This document shows, in pieces, positions 22,865-33,069 of a DNA stretch of 33,239 bases (positions are counted from its first letter, which is position 1; each line of letters starts with the position of its first letter). Origin of the DNA: Catajapyx aquilonaris (Eukaryota); the NCBI GenBank assembly GCA_000934665.2, contig KZ539106.1:1-33239 (forward strand), written 5' to 3'. The position numbers were made by a program, and so were the translations under genes. Below the pieces are notes generated by a model. It searched no databases and had not been told where the DNA came from. It worked only from the letters and a program-made list of their open reading frames with translations.

Positions 22865-23025
22865 AGGCCATTTCACAAAAAAATGTCGCGCGGCAAACGG
22901 CGCGCGTTGCGGCAAATTTATTATTTATATTTGTTATTGCCAACAATTGGCAACAATAAATACAAATCAAAAATTTGCTGCAACGCGCGCCGTTTGCCGC
23001 AGGACATTTTTTTGTGAAATGGCCT
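22865..23025. mobile_element. PIF/Harbinger-type (Tourist-like) palindromic MITE, 161 bp, TTA target-site duplication
   Basis: AGGCCATTTCACAAAAAAATGTC...GACATTTTTTTGTGAAATGGCCT flanked by TTA (22862-4, 23026-8); empty paralogous sites near 14455 and 30580. Confidence 0.9.
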
Positions 23026-23466
23026 TTAAGGTCAAAAGTTGTGGTCACTAATCAGCTTTTGAAACAGTTGCATTGTTTTCATGGCCAGTATTTGTTTTTC
23101 ATGTAGCGTGTTTTCCTACGTACCGTTTTTTATTCGTCGTCCAACTTGTAATTGCAATACTTGGAGGGTGATTGTGGTGCCTTATTGAAAATTATTAATT
23201 GACAATCACTGCGAGAAGGCGTCAAAAAGACCAGCCGTAATTTGTACGGCAAATGAAGGATATACCTGTATTGAAAATGTACACTTGGAATTGAAATTAA
23301 AGGCGATTCACACTTTCACAGTTGAGTTTTCCCATCCTGTAAAATGAGCATGCCTACCAATATTAACTTACAGTTAGTGTCAGCCCTGCAGGAGCTCTAA
23401 TTAGGGCCAGAAATTATTAATTATGGCGTATATATAATTTCCCCGGATAATAATAACGAAGAGTCG

Positions 23467-23752
23467 GCCGCCATCTTGGGTGCGTTCCGACCGTCGCTTC
23501 CGGGTCCGTTCCCTCTGCTCATATTCGGACGCTACCACAGGGCGCGTCATTTCTAAATCCGGACGCAACCCCACATTTCTGTCTATTGTACTAACAAGCA
23601 AGTGTTAATTTACTTTGAGTGCATCATGCAATTATTCTAATTATGCAGCGTGTGCGATTTACACTATTTGACAGGTTTAACTGGCCGCTTTGGTTCGAAT
23701 CGGGCGGGGAAATATGGCAACAGGTGGTTGAACAAAATCCAAGATGGCCGCC
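23467..23752. promoter_or_regulatory. Promoter module of unit 5
   Basis: GCCGCCATCTTG at 23467-23478 and CAAGATGGCCGCC at 23740-23752. Confidence 0.6.
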
Positions 23753-23950
23753 GACAATGGAACGCTTCGAATTTCTTTCTGTTTAATTGTGTTTCCTTAA
23801 TTGTTGAGCTTCGGGTTGATTGTTGCGACGGGTTAGACGCCTTCCGATTGTTGGAGGGGGTCCCGCAGGGGCCTCTGGAGATAGTACATCCGGAGCAGTG
23901 AGAGGGAAAGGGACGAAGGAGGTTGAAGGACACTGGGAAGCAGGGTGGTG

Positions 23951-25763
23951 ATGGAGACCAGGAGGATGAGGAGGCTGGGGATGGCGAGGGAAGCGGAGGA
24001 GAATGGTTGGAACACTGTGGAGACGAGGGCCATCAAGAGAAAGAGGGTCGAGTTGTGCAGGGGGGTGGAGGAAGAGAAGCCCTGGAAGAAGGTGAAAAAA
24101 AAATGGAATGCAAATTATTGTTGGTGTCATCTGTATGGCTTTGGGGTGACCGCACCAGTGCTGTCCGTCAGCCAGTCTTTTGCCTAATTAATTTTCACAT
24201 AACTGCATCATTTTCAGCGCTTTTAATGATTGCAAACATTTGTTACACTTTGGTTTTGTTTCAGATTTCTTCTGGGTTGAGTGTCTCGGAGGTGCAGAGG
24301 AAGACACCAGGAAAATCGGTGGGCGATTCCAAGATTCGTGACAAAAAGCTGGCTCGTGCCTGCAAGACTAGGAAACGCAGCAACCGGCGACAATGTCAAA
24401 TAGAAGCAACGGTGAGAGCTTATCCCTGCTACTGGGTTGCAGAGGCCCACAATACCTGAATGTAAAATTGTTCAGATATGTGTTTACACACTGAAGCAAT
24501 TTCTTGATAATTGCAGGCCAGCGACAAGACCTTTTCCTGCCTGCCAGACGAAATGAAGGCAAAAGTGTTCTCGTACCTGGAGGAGGAAACCATCCGTACG
24601 AGGGTCGTACTGATCTGCAAAGATTGGTACAAGGTAGCCAGGGAGTGGCTGGGTCTTAGGAAGATGATGGTCTTGGATGGCCAGCGTTTGACTCTGGAGG
24701 CATCAGTGCAAGTGATCATGAGCAACAAGACCCATCTGGGGTCAGTTACCTTGAGGTTCTGGACTGACGAGGATGCTGATTCACTGCTGAAAGTAGTAGC
24801 CGAGAATCTTCCTCATCTGAAGCGGCTCAGGATTCGTGATGCCCAGGTGTCCCAGAACACGCTGGAACTGACAGCACGAGAGTAAGTAACCAGCTAATTT
24901 TTGGTGGAATCAGCACATAAGGAGTGTCACTTATCATCAGTTCATTCCTTTCATTTTTACGACACAGGTGCAGCCAACTCCAGCACATCCACCTAATAGG
25001 CTTCCACTGGGATAAGTATTCAGTGCATCCCTTGAACATTTTGAATACCTGTAGGGAACTGGAGAAAATAACCCTCTCTGGCTATGTGTATCCTCCGCTA
25101 TATGAGGAGGCCAGTGGGAGAAATTGGCCGAAACTCACCGACGTTATGCTTCGCATAACATCCAATTCTGATAGGGAAGTGGAACTGCTTGCCCGCAGTC
25201 CGGGGTGCCAGCTGAGGAAGCTCACTGCCAGTTTACTTCTCAAACAAGAGTCCTTCCTTCGCCTCGCACACTACCCACAGCTGGAGGAGCTGGAAATCCA
25301 AGACTGTTTATTCCTAACTGACACTGGCCTGCACGATGGGATTGCGACACTGCGTCACCTCCGTACCCTGACCCTGGCAGAGACCCACCGCTGCACTGCA
25401 CAAGGTCTGCGGAGGTTTTTCTCCAAACCAAACGTGGTCGGCAGACTTGAGAAGCTCGACCTTTCTTGTTGCCCAAACGTGGACGATGGTTGCATATCGG
25501 CCATTGCTGCGAACTGCCCTCTCCTGACTCATTTCTACTTGATGGATTGCCACGAGGTCACCAACAGCTCGCTTCTAGACCTGGTGAGGAGATGCCGCAA
25601 CCTCCAGCGCCTTCACCTCCCCAGGTGCAACAAGCTGGACAAGAGCGCGGAGGCCTTCATTGAGTTCCAGAAATTAAGCAACACGCTCATAATTTCTGGA
25701 TTTCCCTTCTTCATGCCACCAGTCATACGGATCCTTCGCAGTCGTAAGGTCGTATCATACTAA
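23951..25763 (+). CDS. F-box/LRR unit 5, ~482 aa; exons 23951-24091, 24265-24411, 24517-24881, 24968-25763
   Basis: In-frame join (1449 nt), canonical splice sites, F-box TFSCLPDEMKAKVFSYLEEE, LRRs intact. Confidence 0.9.
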
Positions 25764-25840
25764 TTCCCTGCTGTACACAAACAGACAAGTACGTGCTTCA
25801 TCAGTGTGTACGAATATTGTGCAGTTCCTCCACTAGTAGA

Positions 25841-26409
25841 GCCGGCCTTGGTGGACTAGTGGTTAGCGCGCTCGCCTCTGGTCCCAAGGTTGTGGGTTCG
25901 AACCCGGCCGAGGTCGGTGACTTTTCTCCGGGTGGTAGAAAAGTCAGAGTGCGCCTTCCTTCGGAGGGGAAGTAAAGCCGTTGGTCCCATGTGCTTGTGA
26001 CATTGCACGAGTGCACGTTAAAGATCCCCAGAGTGGCCGAATTTCCAGGAGGAGGACCACCCTCTGGCGTCGGTGTTGGGCCTTAGAGGCAGAAATAGGC
26101 CGACGGTAACGTACGCGCCCACAGATGTTAAGGTCCTGGGTTCGATCCCAGCCCGGGGACACCCCCTTCATCTCGTGCAGAGTTCATTGGGTCACCTCTG
26201 GCTTCGTCTCGGGTGGTATTTCCTACAGACTAAACCACCTGGGGGAGTTCACTAAAAATGGCCACATAAAGACATTGCACTGCACCTTGCACATCCCCTC
26301 CTGTCATCCCGCCCGTGGGCCCGGGCGCTTCAATAATTTGGTTCCAAATATGTACATCGTACAAATAAAGGTCCGTGCTACATGCCGAGAAGGCCAAGCA
26401 CTACCCGGA

Positions 26410-26464
<55 letters not shown>

Positions 26465-26470
26465 GTTATT
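25841..26470 (+). mobile_element. tRNA-derived SINE, apparently dimeric, with a (TAT)n tail
   Basis: A box TGGACTAGTGG (~25852), B box GGTTCGAACCC (25895-25905), body CCTTCCTTCGGAGGGGAAGTAAAGCCGTTGGTCCC recalled from insect SINEs, second T-arm/B box CTGGGTTCGATCCCAG (~26136-26151), (TAT)n at ~26409-26470. Confidence 0.85.
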
Positions 26471-26666
26471 ATGTACAGTACAGCGCAGTAATTGGCTAGC
26501 AAATGAATAGCCATGTGCTTCCCCTAATGTTACTGGGACTGCTCCTTTGTGTCTCATATTATGCTTACCAAATATTAACTTAGTGTACCGACCGTCAGCT
26601 CTAATTAGGGCCAGACAATTACTAATTATCGCATAATTGATTTCCTGGATAATAGCTCAACGGTCG

Positions 26667-26955
26667 GCCGCCATCTTGGGTGCGTTCCGACCGTCGCTTA
26701 AGGTCCGTTCCTTCTGCTCATATTCGGACGCAACCTCAAAAATTAAAAGAGGCACTCAAGATCCGGACGCAGCCCACTGTTATGTCTATTGTACTAATTA
26801 GAAAATGTTAATTTGCATAACGTGCAACATTAATTACTGCAGTGTGTGCGAGGCAATTACACTATTTGTCCGGTGGTCAGGTTTAACAGGCTGCTGTTGT
26901 TCGAATCGGGGAAATCTGGCAACCTGGCAAGCAGACAAAATCCAAGATGGCCGCC
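26667..26955. promoter_or_regulatory. Promoter module of unit 6
   Basis: GCCGCCATCTTG at 26667-26678 and CAAGATGGCCGCC at 26943-26955. Confidence 0.6.
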
Positions 26956-27167
26956 GACAATGGAAAGCTTGGGATTTCATGCTGACGTTTTATAGACGTC
27001 CGTGGTTTATATTTCCCCTTTTTGTTGAGGCTTAATTGTTGGAGGGGGTCCCGCAGGGCAAGAAATATAGATCTTGCCCGCAGGGGGCCTCTGGAGATAG
27101 TACAACCGAAGCAGTGAGTGGGGAAGGGACGGAGGAGGAAGGAAGGACACTGGGAAGCAGGGTGGTG

Positions 27168-29412
27168 ATGGAGACCAGGAGGATGAGGATGGCGAGGGAG
27201 GCTGAGGAGAGGGGAAGAAACGCTGTGGAGACCAGGTCCATGAAGAGGAAGAGGGAGGACATGAGCAGGGAGGTGGAGGAGAAGCCACGGAGAAAGGTGA
27301 AAAATTTTTTTTTGAAGAAAATGTTGGTGTAATCTGTATGGCTTTGGAGTGACCGCACCAGTGATGTTCACCTTGTGGCCATTTCAGTCATGATTATTGT
27401 AGCTAGTCGTGAGCGTAGTGTGCTTGTGGCAGTTACGCTGAACTCGACGACGACAAAATTTACCTTGGTGTATTTCCAGGAAATTTCAAGAAACCTGTTA
27501 ATTTTTGTGCGCGACTAAACTGCATCGTAGTGCAGATGCAGTTATGAGGATACCGTTGCATTTTATTTATTTTTTTGGGACTAAGCTGCTAATTTTGGCA
27601 TGGTTGGTGCGAATCTCATAGGGCCGAATTCAGAGAGGTTGCTTAACTTAAACGTGCCTGATTAAATCCTTTAGTCATCCTCGATTAGCAAATTTAAAAG
27701 TGCTAGCAAGTGCGATTAGGGGGCGTTTAGCGCTAATCGCCGTCTTTGTATTAGCAGGTTGATTAAATTTGCTAATCGAGGATGACTAAAGGATTTAATC
27801 GGGCGCGTTTACGTTAAGCAACCTCTCTGAATTCGGCCCATAATGTCTAATATTATCGGCCAATCTTTTTGACTGGATCTACCGTGCTAAGTTTCATGCG
27901 ACGTGATGATTATATGTGCGTCTTACAGTTGCAATTCTCTCATTTTGTTTCAGATCGCTGGTGGGTTGAGTGGCTCGGAGGTTCAGGTGAATACAGCGGG
28001 AAAATCAGTGGCTAAGGCCAAGATTCGTTACAAGAAGCAGACTCGTGTGACGAAGGGAGGCAGCAGCCAACAACATTGCCTAGTAGAAGCCACGGTGAGT
28101 GGGGAGGCTAATCGCCTTGGTAACTGGGCTGCCAAGGCTCACGAATGCTTGCACTTGAAATGATATTTGTTTATATGCGCTACTTGTTTACATATCTAAC
28201 CAGTTTCTTTGCAATTGCAGGCCAGCGTCAAGACCTTTTCCAACCTGCCTGATGAGATGAAGGCAAAGGTGTTCTCGTACCTGGAGGAGAATACCATCCA
28301 TAAAAGAGTCACACTGGTGTGCAAGGATTGGTTCAAGGTGGCCAAGGATTGGCTGGGTATCAGGAAGAAAATAGTTTTGAACCGGCATCAATTGACTCTG
28401 GAGGAATCGGTGCATGCGATCATGAACAACAAGGCCCACCTGACGTCGGTTACTCTGATGTACTGGGATAGAGAGGATGGTAATTGTCTACTGCAAGTAG
28501 TAGCCAAGAATCTTCCTCACCTGAAGCGTCTCCATACTTTGGATCTGTTGGTGTCACAGAATACGCTGCAACTGATAGCACAACAGTAAGTAAAGGAGGG
28601 TCGATATGGTGCGTTAAGTGTCAGCTATGTTCAGTTCACTACCCTTTTTTTTACTACACAGGTGCAGCAAACTGCAGGACATATGCCTAAGATGTTTCCA
28701 CGGGTATGAGGAATACTGGAGGCATCCACTGGACATTTTGAGTTCCTGCCGAGAGCTAGAAAAGCTGATCATAGATGGTGGATGTTTGCCTCCGCCATCG
28801 AACAAGGTCACTGGGCAAGACTGGCCGAAACTCACTGAAGTGTCGCTTCACATGGACAACGCTGACAGGGAAATGGAAGTGCTAGCCCGCACTCTGGGGG
28901 GCCAGCTGAGGAAACTCGTAGTCAGTGTCTTCACCAACCTGAAGTCCTTCCTTCTCCTCACACACTTCCCTCAGCTGGAGGAGCTGAAAATCTATTCCTG
29001 CCAGAAATTAACTGATGCTGCCCTGCATGACAGGATTGGGAGACTGCGCAACCTCCGTAGCTTGACCCTGTTCATGTTCCACTCCTGCACTGCACAAGGT
29101 CTGCAGAGGTTTTTCTCCAAGCCGAATGTTGTGGGTAGCCTGGAGAAGCTCAACCTTTCTTATTCCTCAATTCTTGACGACAGTTGCATATCAGCCATTG
29201 CCGTGAACTGCCCTCTCCTGACTCATTTCCACTTGGTGAGAATCAACGAGGTCACCAAATCTCCAATCCTTGACCTGGTGAGGAGGTGCCGCAATCTCCA
29301 GTACCTCCAACTCAAGGAGTGCAGGAAGCTGCACCTGTGCGCGGTGGTCCTGGGTCAGTTCCAGGCGGCAAACAGCAAGCTTCAAATTTCTGCATGTCCA
29401 TGTTGCACATGA
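27168..29412 (+). CDS. F-box/LRR unit 6, ~461 aa; exons 27168-27296, 27954-28094, 28221-28585, 28662-29412
   Basis: In-frame join (1386 nt), canonical splice sites, F-box TFSNLPDEMKAKVFSYLEE, LRRs intact. Confidence 0.9.
27621..27839. mobile_element. Palindromic MITE (Harbinger-like), 219 bp, 3-bp ATA duplication, in intron 1 of unit 6
   Basis: GGGCCGAATTCAGAGAGGTTGCTTAAC... / ...GTTAAGCAACCTCTCTGAATTCGGCCC with ~78-bp arms; ATA on both flanks. Confidence 0.9.
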
Positions 29413-30131
29413 ACAAAAAAATAGTACAGCCCTTATGGTGGCTGTAATGAGTTTGAAGTGAAACTCATTACCTGTAGGAATTTGAAATGTGTAAGAATGG
29501 TTTTGAGTTTATACGAGATAATCTTAAGGGGAAAAGTTGTCACTAATCTACTTTTTGAAACAGTCCGTTTTCATGGCCAGTATTAATTTCTCATGTTGTA
29601 CTTTCCCAACATACTGTTTGTCACTTTGTTCAACTTGTGATTGCAGTGCCTTATGTAATTGACAATCACTGCCGTACTGCGTGGTGTCTGAATCCACATG
29701 TTGAAAGACCAGCGATAGTTTGTATACGGAATGAGCGTTTGGCTGTATTGAAAATGTACGCCTGGAATTGAAATTAAAGCAATATGCGGAAAGGATTGAA
29801 AATGAATAATATGCGGCCAGTTCCCTTTCATTTATTTATTTTACAGCACCTTGCTAGAGCAGGGTCGCTTGTCGTTGTGTCACTGGTTGCGGTCCCTTAC
29901 TTCATGACAATTATTGTTGGAAGAAGTATCTGAATCCACATGTTGAAGGTTCAACAGTGATGGACGAAGATCCATGCAGACCCACAGTGGTACGGATGGA
30001 AGGGACGCAGGGGAAGAGTACAAGGACGGTTACTGAGACTGCTCTTTTGTAACTCCTATTATGCTTACCACATATTAATTTAGTGTCCCGATCATCAGAC
30101 GCCATGTAGGAGCTCTAATAGGTCATTTCAG

Positions 30132-30441
30132 ATTGTTGACGGTTTGGGTGTCTCGAAGGTTCCGGCGAAGACACTGGGACAATCGGTAGGCGATTCCAGG
30201 TTACGAGACAAGAAGCAGTCTCGTGGGGCTTGTACATTCACGACAAGGGGAGGCGGCAACCAACATTGTCAAGTAGAAGCAACGGTGAGTGCGGGATGAC
30301 AATGAGCTAATTAAGTTGGTAACTGGGCTGCCCAGACACACAATACCTGTGATCATTACTATTTTACATACCGGTACGAGAGCAATACCGGTACGAGAGC
30401 AATTTCTTGATAATTGCAGACTAGCGCCAAGACCTTTGCCA
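30132..30441 (+). pseudogene. F-box array relic: intact exon 2 (30132-30284) and the first ~20 nt of exon 3; another exon-3 acceptor stub near 30960-30992
   Basis: TTTCAG|IVDGLGVSKV...QHCQVEAT|GTGAGT, then TTGCAG ACTAGCGCCAAGACCTTTGCCA fused to a 3' flank module. Confidence 0.85.
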
Positions 30442-31756
30442 CCCCGCGTCGTAGCATGCCTGGCGTGAAAGGGAATTATTAAACTGATGGCAGACGTAAC
30501 TAGTTTGTTGTTAAGCAAAGCTCATTGCCGTTCATGGATTAGAAATGTAAGAATGGTCGAGTTTATACCAGCCAAAGAATGTTAGGGCCAAAAGCTCACT
30601 AAGCTGCTTTTTTGAAACAATCAGTTTTGATCACCAGTATTAATTTTTTATGTTGTGTTTGATTTGTTGTGCACAGATTGTCGTTGTGTGTGATGGAGGA
30701 TTGTGGTGCCAAATTGACAATCACTGTGATAAGGCATGGTATATCTGAATCCATGCAAAGACCAGCAATAACTTGTAAGCTGAATGTGTACAATTTGATA
30801 TCACGTAGAGATTGTAGACTCGATTGAAATAATTAAACTGATGCAGCAGCAACCGAGTTTGCCCATCATGTAATGAGCATGTACAGTCACGGTAACTGGG
30901 CCGCAGAGACTCACAAAACCTGTACTTAAAAATGATCATTACTCTTTTACATACTGGTACTTAAGCAATTTCTTGACAATTGCAGGCTAGCGCCCTCGAA
31001 TTGCCCCCAAATACTTTCAGACTTGGATGGAAATTGGGGAACTTTTTCTTTCCCTGACAAGCCGAAACCATGACATTGAAATTTGTACGAATTGATTGAT
31101 TGATTGTTGATTGTACGAATCTTCGTACTTCGCGAGAAATAAATGAATTTGGGAGATTTATTTCATACAAAGTACGACGATTTCAGCAAATTCATTTGGC
31201 ACTGTTCTCAAGGTTGTTATTCAGTGTATTTTAACGTATTTCTAAATTAAATCAGGCTAACAGTTGGCTGGTAGTGATTTAATTTCAAGGTTTTACGGCG
31301 ATTTTTTTTTTGGAAATTAATTTTTGCGACTTCTATAGAAGTGGAAAGTTCTTCCAAAGACATTCATAGTGTACAGCATGAACGTGTAAGTATAGCTGTC
31401 ATTATTTGTAAAACATCTTATCCGTATCTTCAGAGTATGAGATTGGAAAGGAGTCGAGGAAAAAATATTTGTTTTATTTCCAATAGAGGATTGCATATGA
31501 ATAATAGAGCTTCACTGCTTGTCTCTAGTCGTAACACATCTCCTTCATGACATTTCCTCAGATGGCCCCAAATACATTTGCTTTTGTGAGAAATCGCAGC
31601 ACTTTTTTCTTGCGTCTGAGAATGTCAAGATGTCTCTCAAAAGCCATGGCACAACAATGCAATGGGAATGGTCACGCACATGAATTAAACTCTAACTGAC
31701 AGTTTGATTTTGGGTGAGTCTCGAAACGCTTCTCACTTGTTGGGTTTGAGTGTCTT

Positions 31757-33069
31757 TTACTTACCGTGTACGTTATTGACATGTTGCCTGATACTTTGTC
31801 TGCCTGCAAATCTTTTCCCGCAAACGTCACAAGCGTAAGGCCTCTCCCCAGTGTGACTCTGCCGAATGTGGGTCTCTGCTTTACACTTGCTTTGGAAAGA
31901 CTTAGAACAATGGGGGCATTTGACAGGATTTGGAAGAATCTTGTGTGTCCTCATATGATAGTAAAGGGCATTTTTTGTCTTGCAGGATTTCCCACATTCT
32001 CCACAAACATGGGGTTCATCTTCCATATGTAGCAACTTGTGCTCTTTCAAACTACTTCTGTGACGAAAAGCCTTACCACACACGTCACGTTCAAAGGGCC
32101 TTTCCCCAGTGTGGGTAGAACCGTGCCTTGCCAAACTAGCCTTAGTAGTGAATTCCATTCCGCACAGAGTGCACCTGAACCTCCCCTCTGAGCCTGCCTT
32201 GGTATGCCTCCTCAAGTGAATCTTCAGGTATTTCTCATTCTTGAAAGTGGAGGGGCAGAATTTGCATTTTAATAATTGCCCCTGCTCAACATGAATCAGT
32301 TTCCTGTGACATTTCAAGTTGTTCATAGTCTTAAACCCACTGTTGCAAACATCTCAAGCAAAGGGTTTTTCCTCCCCATGTACACTTGCATGACTCTTTA
32401 AGGAAGAGTCCGAATGAAATGCCTTGTCGCACACTATGCAAACGTGAGTTCTCTGGTGCACTCTAATATGAGACAGTAATGATTGTTTCTTGCTGTAGGA
32501 CTTGTTACAAATGCGACACACGAGTTCATGGGAGGCAGTGTGAAGCTGCAGCCTGACCTCCGAGAAGAAGGACTTGTCGCATCTGGTGCACTGGTGGGGC
32601 TTCTCTCCTGGATGGGATTCCTTGTGGAGGCTAAGAGATCCCAAAGTCTTGCATATTTTGCCACAAAGGTCACAAGGGAAAGTACTGTGGGAGCCTCTGT
32701 GGGCTCTTAGCTTCCTTTTCTCATCAAAAACCAATCCACAGACCGGACAAGGGAAAGAAGTCTGTGCCTTTGTGCTCTCTTGATTAGCCTTTGCCTACAA
32801 AAAATGACAGCATGAAATTATACAAAGACGACTTATGCATGATCTTGCCACTGCAACTGCTTAAAAACCGTTCCCACCATTCCCTTCTCCCTGAGACTAT
32901 CATCTGAATGGTTCTGCTTCTTCATCCTGAAGCTCTTCAGAATTTCCATTGTGGAAGAACCTTGAACTGCATCTGGCTCCGGTTTGACACTGATGGTCAA
33001 GATAAAACCACTGTCCGCAGCTGCATTTTCACCCGCACCCTCTGCCCCCTCTTCATGTCCCACTTGCAG
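31757..33069 (-). pseudogene. Multi-finger (~12) C2H2 zinc-finger gene with an in-frame TGA; exons 33069-32878 and 32794-~31765; 5' end not identified
   Basis: The ORFs at 32354-32734 and 31757-32326 are one frame split by TGA at 32356-32354 (KPFA*DVC). Acceptors TTTCAG (33070) and TTTGTAG (32795), donor GTGGGA (32877). A second finger has C>R (PFERDVC). Confidence 0.75.

Noticed and set aside
25841..25915. Functional tRNA gene
   Set aside because: The anticodon stem does not pair, there is no poly-T terminator, and it runs into a SINE body and tail.
26125..26499. ORF with poly-tyrosine tract
   Set aside because: Translation of the SINE (TAT)n tail.
30368..30403. 17-bp tandem duplication ATACCGGTACGAGAGCA
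   Set aside because: Simple slippage in a relic intron.
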